A stretch of 64,000 nucleotides of DNA from an uncultured Clostridium sp. (GTDB lineage: Bacteria; Cyanobacteriota; Vampirovibrionia; Gastranaerophilales; Gastranaerophilaceae). The notes under the pieces are model-generated. The model saw only the letters and a list, made by a program, of their open reading frames with translations, was not told the origin of the DNA and made no database searches. Shown piece after piece: positions 32,350-43,263 of this stretch. The stretch covers positions 125 through 64,124 of the forward strand of contig CAZUKK010000010.1 of assembly GCA_964620875.1 (NCBI GenBank), in the 5' to 3' direction. The position numbers and the translations under genes were made by a program. The number at the start of each line of letters is the position of its first letter. Position 1 is the stretch's first letter.

Positions 32350-34746
32350 TTAGTTTGAATTTAAGATATTTTTAATTTCATATTTTTTTATTTGGGGTTC
32401 ATAAGAATAAATTTTATATTTATTACCATCAGTAGAAATTTTTATGGAATTTAAGATATCAGTTCTTAGAATTTCTGTATTACGTAATATATCAAGCGTT
32501 CCCTTATTTGGATGACCGTAATAATTTATACCCGTTGAAATCAACGAAACTTTATTTCCCAAATAATTTATCATATTTTCATCCACAACATGCGGTCCGC
32601 CATGATGCCCAACTTTCAACACCTCAATATTTTTTGGGACATTACTTTTAAGTCTGTTAAAGGTTTCAACACCTGCATCACCCATAAAAAGCATGTCAAA
32701 ATCTTTGTATGAAACCAAAGTAATAACAGATGAAGCATTATCAGAATCTTTCCCTCCGACACTTGCTATATATGTTTTTATTCTAAAATCAGGTTCTTCA
32801 TATATTGCATAATTATTTTTGACTAACTCAGTATGTTGATGTTTTTTATGCACAGTCTTCCAAATATTATACGAAGTTTGAGTATCAGCTTTTTTAGAAT
32901 TCACATAGAGGGTTTTAACTTTTGAACCTGTTATAACATCAACAGTTCCGCCAGAATGATCATTATCAAAATGCGTAACAATAACACCTTCAAGATTTTT
33001 TATACCTCTGTCTTTCATATATTTAAGCATTATAATTTTAGCTTGCGAGTTGCCACTCTCAAATGGGGCTTTTCCGGTATCTATCATAAAATACTTATTC
33101 TGTGGAGTTTTTATTAAAAACGAATCCGCATTCTGAACATCAAACGCTATAATCTCCAAATTATTTGAAACAGGTTTTACATTAGAAATAAGAAGAACTA
33201 TTGATATTAAGCCAATCGTAAGAGCCATTTCTTTATATTTACTGAATTTCAAAAAGCAACTTGATACAATCAACATAATGTAATACAAAATTAACTGAAT
33301 TATATCAGGATGAGTCGTCTGCAAAAGACAGTACTTCAAATTTGAGAAAAAATCTGAAATATACACCAGAAAATTCAATAAATAATTCAAAAAGAAATCA
33401 AAAATTCTGCAAGTAACATCAGCAACCGGAGGAAATATCGAGATTACGGAACTGACAAATCCGCAAAAACTTATTACACTTAATAAACTCACGGTTGCAA
33501 TATTAGCTAACACCGAATAAAGACTAAAAGTATTAAAATAAAACATCTGAATAGGTGCAACCCAAAGCTGAGCAACCACAGGAATTAAAACAGGTATTTT
33601 AATCCAGTTTGGAATTTTTTCTAATTTTTGTGCCAAGATATTGGCTGTTGTAAGAAGTCCAAAAGTAACTAAAAATGATAACTGAAAACTTACATCATTT
33701 ATATATGCAGGATTATAAATAAGCATAATCACTGCAACCAAAGACAATAGAGAAACACTATGAGTATCTCTGTCAATCAACTTTCCGGCAAGAACAAACA
33801 ACAGCATTAAAGCCGCACGGATTACAGAAGGACCTAAACCTGTCATAAGAGTGTACAAAATTACGACAAGCATGCCTGAAAATACACGAGGCTTAAACGG
33901 AACACCAAGAAATCTTAAAATAAAAAACCAAAAAGTATAAATAAAAGCCACATTCATGCCGGATGCTGCCAAAATATGTAACAATCCAGAATTTATAAAC
34001 GAATTCTTAATATAATCCGGAGTTGCAACAGCATCATCTCCAAAAACAATTCCACCCAATATTTCCAAATTAGGAGATTTTAAATATTTTGAATGTACCT
34101 TTAGAATTCTGAGTCTTGTATCGTTTAGAGACTGCATAAATCTCCACTTAAACCCTAATTTATCATGAAAAACTTCAACATTTTCAATATCTGAATATAC
34201 AACAGTAAACACATTAAAATTTTTCAAATAAGCGCTGTAATCAAACTGCGAAGGATTTGTCGATGAAAAAGGTCTTCTGATTTTTCCATCAATTGAAATT
34301 TTATCGCCTACATTTAAAGTTTTTAACTTACTATTTGCCCCAGAAACCGATACAAAAGTTTTAGCATTAACATGTTCCTCATCTAATTTTTCAACTTTCA
34401 CAAAAAACTTAGCTTTATTAACTGCAGAAATATCCGGTATTGTAATAATTCTACCCTCAATTTTTGCCTCCGACGGAGCATTTTCAAACAATTCATCAGA
34501 ATTCTTTATCTTAAAAAATGTTAAGAAAAATCCACAATAAAAAATCAAACATAAAATTAAAATCTTTTTTATCTCAAGCAACCTTAATCCCAAAAGAATC
34601 GCAAGAAAAATTGTAAGCAATGCAGAATAAATCAAAGCATGCCCGTAAAAACAAGCCATAATACCGAGCATAAAAAACATTGACAACAAAAACATCATCA
34701 AATTTTTATTTTGAAAAATATCCCTAAACTTTTCTTTTGTAATCAT
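32350..34746 (-). CDS. comEC: DNA internalisation competence protein ComEC/Rec2 (with metallo-beta-lactamase domain)
   Basis: Polytopic membrane core with LHILAASGMNV. The C-terminal MBL motifs are THFDNDHSGG and VGHHG. Confidence 0.85.
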   Translation of the reverse strand: MITKEKFRDIFQNKNLMMFLLSMFFMLGIMACFYGHALIYSALLTIFLAILLGLRLLEIKKILILCLIFYCGFFLTFFKIKNSDELFENAPSEAKIEGRIITIPDISAVNKAKFFVKVEKLDEEHVNAKTFVSVSGANSKLKTLNVGDKISIDGKIRRPFSSTNPSQFDYSAYLKNFNVFTVVYSDIENVEVFHDKLGFKWRFMQSLNDTRLRILKVHSKYLKSPNLEILGGIVFGDDAVATPDYIKNSFINSGLLHILAASGMNVAFIYTFWFFILRFLGVPFKPRVFSGMLVVILYTLMTGLGPSVIRAALMLLFVLAGKLIDRDTHSVSLLSLVAVIMLIYNPAYINDVSFQLSFLVTFGLLTTANILAQKLEKIPNWIKIPVLIPVVAQLWVAPIQMFYFNTFSLYSVLANIATVSLLSVISFCGFVSSVISIFPPVADVTCRIFDFFLNYLLNFLVYISDFFSNLKYCLLQTTHPDIIQLILYYIMLIVSSCFLKFSKYKEMALTIGLISIVLLISNVKPVSNNLEIIAFDVQNADSFLIKTPQNKYFMIDTGKAPFESGNSQAKIIMLKYMKDRGIKNLEGVIVTHFDNDHSGGTVDVITGSKVKTLYVNSKKADTQTSYNIWKTVHKKHQHTELVKNNYAIYEEPDFRIKTYIASVGGKDSDNASSVITLVSYKDFDMLFMGDAGVETFNRLKSNVPKNIEVLKVGHHGGPHVVDENMINYLGNKVSLISTGINYYGHPNKGTLDILRNTEILRTDILNSIKISTDGNKYKIYSYEPQIKKYEIKNILNSN

Positions 34747-34831
34747 AATTCCAACAATATCATCATAACATATGAAAATAGTTGTGCAAAATAAAAAAAA
34801 ATGTTATAATACTGTAGGAATAAGAGGAATT

Positions 34832-35932
34832 ATGGGCAGTAACGATTTTTACATAGAAGATTTTTTAAGACAGGCAGTATCAGTAGGGGCTTCAGACGCT
34901 CACATTTGTGAAGGTGAAAGACCTGCAATAAGAGTTTCCGGACAAATCATGAGAATTAATCTTCCGCCTTTAACAAGCGAAGATATTGAATTCGTCATCA
35001 GGACGGTAGCTCCGACACACTTAAAAGACCGGATTACGAGATTTTTTGATATAGACTTTTCTTACGAAATCCCCGGTTGCTCAAGATTTCGTATCAACAT
35101 GAGTCGTCAACTCGGGAAAACTGCAATGGTTATTCGTGCAATTCCTTATTATATCAAAAATTTTGAAGAATTAGGTTTACCTAGTACGCTGGAAGAATTT
35201 GCAACATGGAACAACGGATTAGTTCTGGTTACAGGTCCGACAGGTTCGGGTAAATCTACAACCATCGCATCTTTGATTGATTATATCAATGCTACAACAT
35301 CAAAACACATTGTTACAATTGAAGATCCGGTTGAGTTCATTTTTACAAACAAAAAATCTATCGTTTCACAACGTCAATTATTAATTGATACACCGTCATT
35401 TTCAGATGGGGTTAAATATGCATTAAGACAAGACCCTGATGTTATATTCATCGGTGAAATCAGAGACAGAGAAACTATTGAATCTGCACTAAAAGCTGCA
35501 GAAACAGGACACCTTGTTGTATCAACAATCCACACAAACGATTCCGTACAAACAGTTGCCAGAATTATCAACTTGTTTGAACCGGGAGAACGTCCGTTTA
35601 TCAGAAGCCAGATTGCAAATACGTTGCGTGGTACTATTTCCCAAAAACTTGTACCGGCAGCAGAAGGCGGTTCTAGATTCCCGGCTGCGGAAATTCTTGT
35701 TGTTACTCCAACTGTTAAAGACTTTATTCAAAAAGATGAACTTGAACAAATTTATGAACTTGTTAAAAAAGGTTCGTTCAACAACATGACAACTATGAAT
35801 ATGTCTATTTACAAATTGTATAAAGAAGGCAAAATTTCTCAAGAAACTGCTATCACATACTCTGATAATAAATCTGAACTTGAACAGTTAATGAGAGGTA
35901 TTTACCACGGTACAACCGCACAAAACAGTTAA
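34832..35932 (+). CDS. pilT: PilT-family type IV pilus retraction ATPase
   Basis: Walker A GPTGSGKSTT, Asp box, Walker B VIFIGEIRD and His box GHLVVSTIHTN. The start is moved to the ATG at 34832, which has an AAGAGGA ribosome-binding site and TATAAT at 34805. Confidence 0.8.
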   Translation: MGSNDFYIEDFLRQAVSVGASDAHICEGERPAIRVSGQIMRINLPPLTSEDIEFVIRTVAPTHLKDRITRFFDIDFSYEIPGCSRFRINMSRQLGKTAMVIRAIPYYIKNFEELGLPSTLEEFATWNNGLVLVTGPTGSGKSTTIASLIDYINATTSKHIVTIEDPVEFIFTNKKSIVSQRQLLIDTPSFSDGVKYALRQDPDVIFIGEIRDRETIESALKAAETGHLVVSTIHTNDSVQTVARIINLFEPGERPFIRSQIANTLRGTISQKLVPAAEGGSRFPAAEILVVTPTVKDFIQKDELEQIYELVKKGSFNNMTTMNMSIYKLYKEGKISQETAITYSDNKSELEQLMRGIYHGTTAQNS

Positions 35933-35934
35933 CC

Positions 35935-36705
35935 ATGCAAAACACTTTTGTAACAGATGCAATTAATTTAAAATCCTACAATCTTAGCGAAGCAGACAAA
36001 ATTATTGTAATGTATTCAAAAGAAAAAGGATTAATCAGGGGGGTAGCTAAAGGGGTTAAAAAACCTAAGAGTAAGCTGGGCGCTCGTATGGATTTGCTTG
36101 TGGCAAACACTCTTATGTTGCACAAGGGCAAAAATCTTGATACGATTTGTCAGGCTGAAGTCGTAAATACATTCTACAAAACCCGACAAGACATGGATAA
36201 AATTTTCTACTCAATGTATGTAACAGAAGTCGTACATAATTTTGGAATAGAAGAAGACCCATGCTCAGAAACAATTTATAACCTTTTATACAAAACCCTG
36301 ACTGCAATTTCCACAGCTCAAAACAAAGTTGAAATACTTATTGCAGTTATCAAGTTCCAATTAAAAATGATGATAGAATCGGGTTTTGCTATAGAATTTG
36401 ACAAGTGTCTGTGTTGTCATAAAACAGTAAAACAAGAAACCATGTACCTTGTTCCAATACTTGGCGGAATTATTTGTGAGGATTGCGCTGCCAAAATTTA
36501 CCACAACAAAAAACAAATTCCGCACAGACTAAGAGACTTTTTCAAACAAATGACAATAAATGATTTTGAAGAAAAAGGAGAATTTGAACTTAAAGCAAAC
36601 GAGAAAGTATGCAGTGTTACATTTGAAGTATTAAAAGAATACATAACACTAAAATCCCCAAAAAAGTTTAAATCCACTGAACTTTTACAAGAGATACCAA
36701 GTTAA
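35935..36705 (+). CDS. recO: DNA repair protein RecO
   Basis: N-terminal OB-fold region (NLKSYNLSEADKIIVMYSKEKGLIRGVAKGVKK) and a CxxC...CxxC zinc motif (CLCCHK...CEDC). Confidence 0.8.
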   Translation: MQNTFVTDAINLKSYNLSEADKIIVMYSKEKGLIRGVAKGVKKPKSKLGARMDLLVANTLMLHKGKNLDTICQAEVVNTFYKTRQDMDKIFYSMYVTEVVHNFGIEEDPCSETIYNLLYKTLTAISTAQNKVEILIAVIKFQLKMMIESGFAIEFDKCLCCHKTVKQETMYLVPILGGIICEDCAAKIYHNKKQIPHRLRDFFKQMTINDFEEKGEFELKANEKVCSVTFEVLKEYITLKSPKKFKSTELLQEIPS

Positions 36706-36782
36706 ACATGCTAAAACATATTCCCCTATAGACTTATCCATTTTCATAATATTTAATATATAATTATAAAAAAGAGGGTATT

Positions 36783-39365
36783 ATGAAAAAATATATATTA
36801 ATAGCAGCAATCTTAATTTGCGCAAATACAGCATTTGCATCAGATGCTAAAATGTTCAAACTTAATAACGGTCAAACCGTTGTAATTCAAGAAGTAAAAA
36901 GTAATCCTATAGTTACAATTGATACTTGGATTAAAACAGGTTCTATAGATGAAGATGACACCAATAATGGTGTTGCGCATTTTCTTGAACATTTGTTTTT
37001 TAAAGGAACTCAAAACCACGAACCCGGAGAATTTGATAAAATTTTAGAAACAAAAGGAGCAATAACAAATGCTGCAACAAGTAAAGATTTTACCCATTAT
37101 TACGTAACTATTCCGTCAAAAGATTTTGATTTGGCTATGGAATTACATGCCGATATGATGATGCACCCTCTTATTCCAAGAAACGAAATGGAAAAAGAAC
37201 GAAAGGTTGTTTTAGAAGAAATAAATAAAGATTTGAAATCACCTAAAAAAATTCTGCACGAAAATCTTAACTCCATGATGTATACGGAACATCCTTACAA
37301 AAGGAAAGTTATAGGTAAAAGTGAAATCATTGAAACCATTACCAGAGACCAAATATTGAACTTCTATAATGAGCACTACTCTCCTGCAAATATGATTACC
37401 ATTGTAATAGGAGATGTTGATACAAACCATGTTTTGGAAAGAATTAAAGAAACATTTAACTCTGAACCTAAAAAACAAATGAAAAATATTTACCCAAAAG
37501 AACTTCCGCTTTCAAAACAACTAAAAAAAGTTGAATACCTCCAAACAAACAGCGGATACATGCTCGTAGGATTTCGAGGAGTATCAATTGATGATAAAGA
37601 TGCTTACGCACTTGACGTGCTTGCAACAATTCTTGGAGAAGGTCGTTCATCTGTTTTAAACCAAGTTCTTAAAGAAAAGAAAAGACTTGCTTATTCAATT
37701 GATGCTGGAAATTCAACATCAAAAGATGACGGGATTTTTTATATAAGCGCAAATTTTGAACCTGATAAATGCAAACAAGTTCAAACAGCAATTTTTGACG
37801 AAATTCAAAAAATCCAAAAAGATGGAGTAACAGAGGAACAACTGACTTTAGCAAAAAATATTATTGAGCGCAGTACATATTACTCAAGAGAGTCAATAAC
37901 AAATATCGCAACGGAAATCGGCTATACCATAGCTCTGACAAATGATATAAAATTCTATGATAACTATTTAAACAACATAAAATGTGTAACAAAAGACTCC
38001 GTAAAAAGAGTTGCGAACAAGTATTTAGGACTTGAAAAAAGTGCACTATCAATAATCATGCCGGAAGCTTCAAAAGATATTCCTGTTACAAATATTACCC
38101 AAAACTCAAATTCAGCAGAACTTATCAGCGAGCAAAACGGTACTAAAAAATACCAATTAACAAATGGTGCAACACTTTTATATACCCAAAACACAACCAA
38201 CGATATAATTGCAATGAGTATCAACGCAAAAGGCGGACAGTTATTAGACAAAATCCCGGGAACTGCAAACCTTACAGCCTCAACAATTATGAAAGGTACA
38301 CAAAACTATACCTCTCTTGAACTTTCGCAAATTCTGGAAGATAACGGAATTAAAATAACTCCGTCAAGCGGAGCTGATGCGTTTTCAATATCAGTCCTGA
38401 CAACAAAAGATGAATATAACAAAACATTAGAACTTCTTAATGAAGTTGTAAATAACGCAACTTTTGAAGAATATGAAATCCAAAAAGTTAAATCCGATAA
38501 ATTAAGTTCAATCAAACAGCAAAAAGATATTGCACTTCAACAAGCAGTTGAAGAATATCGAGATTTAATTTACAAAGATACACCATACTCAATCTCATCA
38601 AAAGTTTTAGAAAAAAATATTCCGAACATAAAAAAAGAAGACATAACAGAATACTATAACTCAATATTTACTCCTGAAAATATCGTTATTTCCATCAATG
38701 GAAATGTTGATATTGATAAAACAATTCAGGAATTAAATAAAATATTTACAAGCAAAGGAAACTGCCAAATTTTTGATTATAATAACAATTCATCAAGAAT
38801 TACAACAATTTCTTCACCAAGAACAAATACAATAAAAATGCCGACCGAAACAGCATGGATACTTCTTGGCTGGCAGGTAAACGGAGTATTAAATCAAAAA
38901 GATTACGCAACTTTGCAAGTTATAGATTCAATACTTGGAACAGGTATGAGTTCCAGACTTTTTAAAGATTTGAGAGAACAAGAAGGATTAGCATATCAAC
39001 TTGGCTCAGGATATTCTCCAAATATTTTAAAAGGAAGTTTTATGCTTTACATCGGAACAAATCCTAATACATTAGATAAAGCAAAACAAGGTTTATTTAA
39101 CGAAATTAAAAGATTAAAAACAGAATACGTCGGAGATAAAGAATTAAAAGATGCAAAAGAAAAATTACTCGGAAATCATATAATAGGACTTGAAACAAAC
39201 CTTGATAAAGCAATCAATGTAGGCTGGTACGAAACAACCGGCAGAGGTTATGAATTCAAAGATAAATACGAGGAATTAATAAACAGCGTAACAGATGCAG
39301 ACATTATCGATGTCGCAAACAAATATTTTACAGGTAATTACATTTTATCAGTTGTTACAAAATAA
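36783..39365 (+). CDS. M16 family (pitrilysin-like) zinc peptidase, double-length, secreted
   Basis: Signal peptide present. The inverted zinc motif is HFLEHLFFKGT, with EKERKVVLEEI downstream. The second half repeats the M16 inactive-domain pattern. Confidence 0.8.
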   Translation: MKKYILIAAILICANTAFASDAKMFKLNNGQTVVIQEVKSNPIVTIDTWIKTGSIDEDDTNNGVAHFLEHLFFKGTQNHEPGEFDKILETKGAITNAATSKDFTHYYVTIPSKDFDLAMELHADMMMHPLIPRNEMEKERKVVLEEINKDLKSPKKILHENLNSMMYTEHPYKRKVIGKSEIIETITRDQILNFYNEHYSPANMITIVIGDVDTNHVLERIKETFNSEPKKQMKNIYPKELPLSKQLKKVEYLQTNSGYMLVGFRGVSIDDKDAYALDVLATILGEGRSSVLNQVLKEKKRLAYSIDAGNSTSKDDGIFYISANFEPDKCKQVQTAIFDEIQKIQKDGVTEEQLTLAKNIIERSTYYSRESITNIATEIGYTIALTNDIKFYDNYLNNIKCVTKDSVKRVANKYLGLEKSALSIIMPEASKDIPVTNITQNSNSAELISEQNGTKKYQLTNGATLLYTQNTTNDIIAMSINAKGGQLLDKIPGTANLTASTIMKGTQNYTSLELSQILEDNGIKITPSSGADAFSISVLTTKDEYNKTLELLNEVVNNATFEEYEIQKVKSDKLSSIKQQKDIALQQAVEEYRDLIYKDTPYSISSKVLEKNIPNIKKEDITEYYNSIFTPENIVISINGNVDIDKTIQELNKIFTSKGNCQIFDYNNNSSRITTISSPRTNTIKMPTETAWILLGWQVNGVLNQKDYATLQVIDSILGTGMSSRLFKDLREQEGLAYQLGSGYSPNILKGSFMLYIGTNPNTLDKAKQGLFNEIKRLKTEYVGDKELKDAKEKLLGNHIIGLETNLDKAINVGWYETTGRGYEFKDKYEELINSVTDADIIDVANKYFTGNYILSVVTK

Positions 39366-39374
39366 TAGAATTTG

Positions 39375-39398
39375 AGGTTGGGCAAGTATGCCCAACCT
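39375..39398. terminator. 10-bp GC-rich hairpin between convergent genes (no clear T-run)
   Basis: AGGTTGGGCA-AGTA-TGCCCAACCT. It shares TTGGGC..GCCCAACCT with the hairpin at 50278-50297. Confidence 0.4.
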
Positions 39399-39427
39399 GC
39401 AAAACGTGTACGTCATCTTAAATTTGG

Positions 39428-40027
39428 TTATTTAATTTCCTTAAAAAATTCATTTGAAATAAGTTGAGAATATCGGTCTTTTTCATTCACAGAAACCAGA
39501 ACTTTATCGTTACCTTTTTCGTCTTTTACAACAGAAATTATTCCTGAAATTTCACCAATAGGAACTTTTTTCAATCTGGCTCTAAATTTCGCATATGGAA
39601 TATCTTTGCCGTAAGAATGCATTGAACCCTTTTCGATTACGTGAAATTCCTCAACCGCAGCAGATTGGTATTTGATTTTTTTAATTACCGACAAAATTCT
39701 ATCTTCAGTATCTGAAGCTATTATATCTTCTTGAGTTAGGAGAACTTTTTTACCGGAATCTACAACAAGCATCTTTTGTCCCGAAGCTTTATGTTCAGCT
39801 AAAACTGCACTATAACCCAAAACTGCAGCCGCTTTTTCTATTTCAAACTCCTTATTTATTTTAGAAAAATCACCTATTTTTTGAGCTCGTTCGATTACAA
39901 CATCTTTACTAGGGTTTAAATAGTCTTTAACCTTATTCCACAGCATATCCTTACCACCAAGGGCAATAAAACCTGCAATCAATACGGTCAAAAACACAGC
40001 TCTTGTAACATTTTTTAAACAACCCAT
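39428..40027 (-). CDS. membrane-anchored hypothetical protein
   Basis: The N-terminal TM segment is AVFLTVLIAGFIALGG. No motif is recognised. Confidence 0.5.
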   Translation of the reverse strand: MGCLKNVTRAVFLTVLIAGFIALGGKDMLWNKVKDYLNPSKDVVIERAQKIGDFSKINKEFEIEKAAAVLGYSAVLAEHKASGQKMLVVDSGKKVLLTQEDIIASDTEDRILSVIKKIKYQSAAVEEFHVIEKGSMHSYGKDIPYAKFRARLKKVPIGEISGIISVVKDEKGNDKVLVSVNEKDRYSQLISNEFFKEIK

Positions 40028-40066
40028 GTTGAAATCCTCACACTTTTGATATAAAAATATTATAAT

Positions 40067-42655
40067 ATGAGCAAATCTGAAATCAAATATATAAACAGTT
40101 GGGAAGTTAATCCGGAAGATACAACGCCCGTTATGCGTCAGTATCTTAATATAAAAAAAGAAAATCCTAATACTCTTTTATGGTACAGGCTTGGCGACTT
40201 TTACGAAACATTCTTTGAAGATGCTATTGTTATGTCTAAAGAATTAGAATTAACTCTCACAGGAAGGGATGCCGGTTCAGCAATAGGCAGAGTACCTTTA
40301 GCCGGAATTCCTGCTAAGGCTGCCGATAATTATTTAGAAAAACTTGTTCAAAAGAACTACAAGGTTGCAATATGCGACCAATTGGAAGACCCGAAATTAA
40401 CCAAAGACCTTGTAAAAAGAGGTGTAACAAGGGTTATTACCGCAGGAACACTAACAGAAAGTAATCTGCTTAATCAAAATTCAAACAACTATATTTGTGC
40501 AATTTATAAAGATGAAAAAAGTGATACATTTGGATTTTCATACACAGATATTTCGACAGGAGAATTCAAAACAACTCAAGCTAATTTGAATATGATTTTG
40601 GCAGAACTTGCAAGATTAAATCCATCTGAAATTGTTGCACCAAGCATCAGACAAGAAATTAAACCTTTTCAAATTGTACCTGATGAAATAATAGACTTAC
40701 CGGACGTAATCGTTCAAAAATATAATTGTTCAAAAATTCCTATGTCTGTTTTTGAACCTAATTTTGCTGAAACAAATTTAAAAGCAGTATTCAAAACAAA
40801 AAGTTTGGAAAGTTTCGGATATTCAAAATATAGGCTTGGATTTAGGGCTGCAGGAGCACTGCTTGCTTATGTATGGGAAACCCTGAAAGGTAACATGCCT
40901 GAATTTGACAGGATTGAACCTTATGAATTATCAGAATACATGATTCTTGATGCTTCAACCAGAAAAAATCTTGAATTAACAGAAACATTAAGAGAAAAGA
41001 ACAAATATGGTTCTTTGCTATGGGCAATTGATCAAACCAAAACAAACATGGGGGCAAGACTTCTAAAAAATTGGATTTGCCAACCGTTAAAAAATGTTGA
41101 AGATATTACTTCAAGACAAGATTCCGTATCCGAACTTGTACAAAAAGAAAACATTCGATATGCATTAACAGAAACTCTTGAAAAAATTTATGATATTCAA
41201 AGACTTGCAACTCGTATGAGCAACGGTTCTGCAAGTCCGAAAGACTTTATCGGTTTGAAGATTTCACTTTCAATTTTACCTGAATTGCTTGATATAACAG
41301 AAACCCTTGACCACGATATGTTTGCAAAAATCAGACAATATAGTGAAGAAATTTCCGATTATACTAAACTTATTGAAAATACCATAGTTGATAACCCGCC
41401 AATACAGATAAAAGAAGGCGGAATCATTAAAGAAGGTGTTAGCGGAGAACTTGATTATTTCAGAGAACTTCTGACTGGTGGTGAAAATTGGATAAATGAA
41501 TTTGAAGAACGAGAAAAAGAAACTACCGGAATCAGAAATTTAAAAGTCGGATACAACAAAGTTTTCGGGTACTTTATTGAGGTTACAAATTCAAACACAA
41601 ACCTTGTTCCTCAGCATTATATCAGACGACAAACTCTTGTAAATGCGGAAAGATTTATCACCCCTGAACTCAAAAAACATGAAGATGATGTTTTATCTGC
41701 AAAATTCAAATCAACAGAACTTGAATACAAAATGTTCAGTGATTTCAGAGAATACTCAAAAGAATTTGTTATAAAAATAAGAGAAATTGCTGACTGCATT
41801 GCACAAGCAGATGTTATAAATTCTTTGGCAGTTATTGCGGTTGAAAATCATTACTGCAAACCGGAAATTGATAATTCTGACGACTTTATAATCAAGAACG
41901 GACGTCATGCTGTTTTAGAAAAGATTTTACCTCTTGGTGAATATGTTGCAAATGATTTGGAACTAAAATCTAACTCAATTGACACTACTCAATTTATGAT
42001 ACTTACAGGTCCAAACATGGCAGGTAAATCAACATATATGAGACAAAATGCATTAATTGCAATCTTAGCTCAAATTGGTTCTTGGGTACCTGCGGATTAT
42101 GCAAAAATCGGTCTTGTCGATAAAGTATTCACAAGAGTCGGAGCTAGCGATGATTTAACACTTGGTCAGTCAACATTTATGGTTGAAATGATTGAGACTT
42201 CGTATATCTTGAACTCTGCAACCGACAGAAGTTTCATCCTTCTTGATGAAATTGGCAGAGGAACAAGCACATATGACGGTGTTGCAATAGCTTGGTCCGT
42301 TGCAGAATATATCGCAACAAAATTAAAAACCAGATGTATTTTTGCAACCCACTATCACGAACTAAACGTAATGACAAAAACATATCCGCAAATTAAAAAT
42401 TACAGAATTACGGTTGCCGAACAAAACGGCGAAATTGAATTCTTGAGAAAAATTGTACAAGGCGGAACAAGTAAAAGTTACGGTATTCAAGTAGCTAAAA
42501 TGGCAGGTTTACCAAAATCTGTTATCAGGCGTTCTGAAGATTTAATGTTAAAAATGCAGAAAGATTTTTCAAATAACCTTGCATCTCGAAAGAAAATGGT
42601 AAATAATAATAATGATGAAGGTAATGTTCCGCAATTGTCGTTATTCGGAATGTAA
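40067..42655 (+). CDS. mutS: DNA mismatch repair protein MutS
   Basis: TPVMRQY, GDFYETF, Walker A GPNMAGKSTYMRQ, LLDEIGRGTSTYDG and FATHYHEL. Confidence 0.95.
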   Translation: MSKSEIKYINSWEVNPEDTTPVMRQYLNIKKENPNTLLWYRLGDFYETFFEDAIVMSKELELTLTGRDAGSAIGRVPLAGIPAKAADNYLEKLVQKNYKVAICDQLEDPKLTKDLVKRGVTRVITAGTLTESNLLNQNSNNYICAIYKDEKSDTFGFSYTDISTGEFKTTQANLNMILAELARLNPSEIVAPSIRQEIKPFQIVPDEIIDLPDVIVQKYNCSKIPMSVFEPNFAETNLKAVFKTKSLESFGYSKYRLGFRAAGALLAYVWETLKGNMPEFDRIEPYELSEYMILDASTRKNLELTETLREKNKYGSLLWAIDQTKTNMGARLLKNWICQPLKNVEDITSRQDSVSELVQKENIRYALTETLEKIYDIQRLATRMSNGSASPKDFIGLKISLSILPELLDITETLDHDMFAKIRQYSEEISDYTKLIENTIVDNPPIQIKEGGIIKEGVSGELDYFRELLTGGENWINEFEEREKETTGIRNLKVGYNKVFGYFIEVTNSNTNLVPQHYIRRQTLVNAERFITPELKKHEDDVLSAKFKSTELEYKMFSDFREYSKEFVIKIREIADCIAQADVINSLAVIAVENHYCKPEIDNSDDFIIKNGRHAVLEKILPLGEYVANDLELKSNSIDTTQFMILTGPNMAGKSTYMRQNALIAILAQIGSWVPADYAKIGLVDKVFTRVGASDDLTLGQSTFMVEMIETSYILNSATDRSFILLDEIGRGTSTYDGVAIAWSVAEYIATKLKTRCIFATHYHELNVMTKTYPQIKNYRITVAEQNGEIEFLRKIVQGGTSKSYGIQVAKMAGLPKSVIRRSEDLMLKMQKDFSNNLASRKKMVNNNNDEGNVPQLSLFGM

Positions 42656-42720
42656 AGATTTATGTACTCTATGGCAAAAAAACTCAGATTAAGTTTTTTA
42701 TAAATAATAAGGAGTGTGTC

Positions 42721-43257
42721 ATGATGGTAGGAATAGAACAAGTTAATTCAAATACTAATTTAATACAAGCAGCAGTTCAAAGAAATGCGGCAAAACCTCA
42801 ACAGAGCTTTTCTGCAAGCACTGCACCTGTGATTGAAGAAAACAAACAACCAAACGTTGACACATTTGAATCTTCATCAAAAGCTCCCAAACAAGGAGAG
42901 AAAAAGTCCAGATCAATAAAAGGTGGAATTGCTAACATTTGGAAATTCTTCACTACTACAGGACAAATGATTGGAGCAACCGCTAAAGGTATAGTATATG
43001 GAGCAGCGACAGGAGTTTCTTTACTTGCAGGCTCTTGGTTATTTAAATCATTACCAAAAGCATTCACTAAAGAAGGTCCAACTCTTTGGAACACAATTCG
43101 CCATCCGTTAATGAATATGAGTAAATCCGGAAAAATTATTGCAGGGGTCGGCAGTGCAATTGTTTTAGCTTATCACCTAATTAAAGGTAAACTTGAAGCA
43201 AACCACAAAACAGCCGATATTGACCATAGATTAAAAACCGGACATAGAGATAAGTAA
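42721..43257 (+). CDS. hypothetical membrane protein (disordered N-terminus + two Gly-rich TM segments)
   Basis: IGATAKGIVYGAATGVSLLAGSWLF and IIAGVGSAIVLAYHLI. It is convergent with the 678-aa paralogue. Confidence 0.5.
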   Translation: MMVGIEQVNSNTNLIQAAVQRNAAKPQQSFSASTAPVIEENKQPNVDTFESSSKAPKQGEKKSRSIKGGIANIWKFFTTTGQMIGATAKGIVYGAATGVSLLAGSWLFKSLPKAFTKEGPTLWNTIRHPLMNMSKSGKIIAGVGSAIVLAYHLIKGKLEANHKTADIDHRLKTGHRDK

Positions 43258-43263
43258 CAAAAA

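Noticed and set aside
34772-34831. Upstream extensions of track ORFs. Examples are pilT from 34772, lipA from 59315, lpxD to 56413, yjbQ to 50811, the hldE-like gene to 57022 and GH57 to 31197.
   Set aside because: Internal ATG codons preceded by good Shine-Dalgarno sequences give N-termini that match the family norms. The extensions use TTG or poor contexts, or they overlap promoters.
37239-38515. Series of short antisense ORFs inside the M16 peptidase gene. Similar shadow ORFs occur at 1685-1894, 3587-3904, 4658-4924, 6024-6278, 35374-35842, 48668-50197, 53912-54281 and elsewhere.
   Set aside because: All lie entirely within longer ORFs that carry clear family motifs on the other strand. 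Their composition is typical of AT-rich shadow frames.
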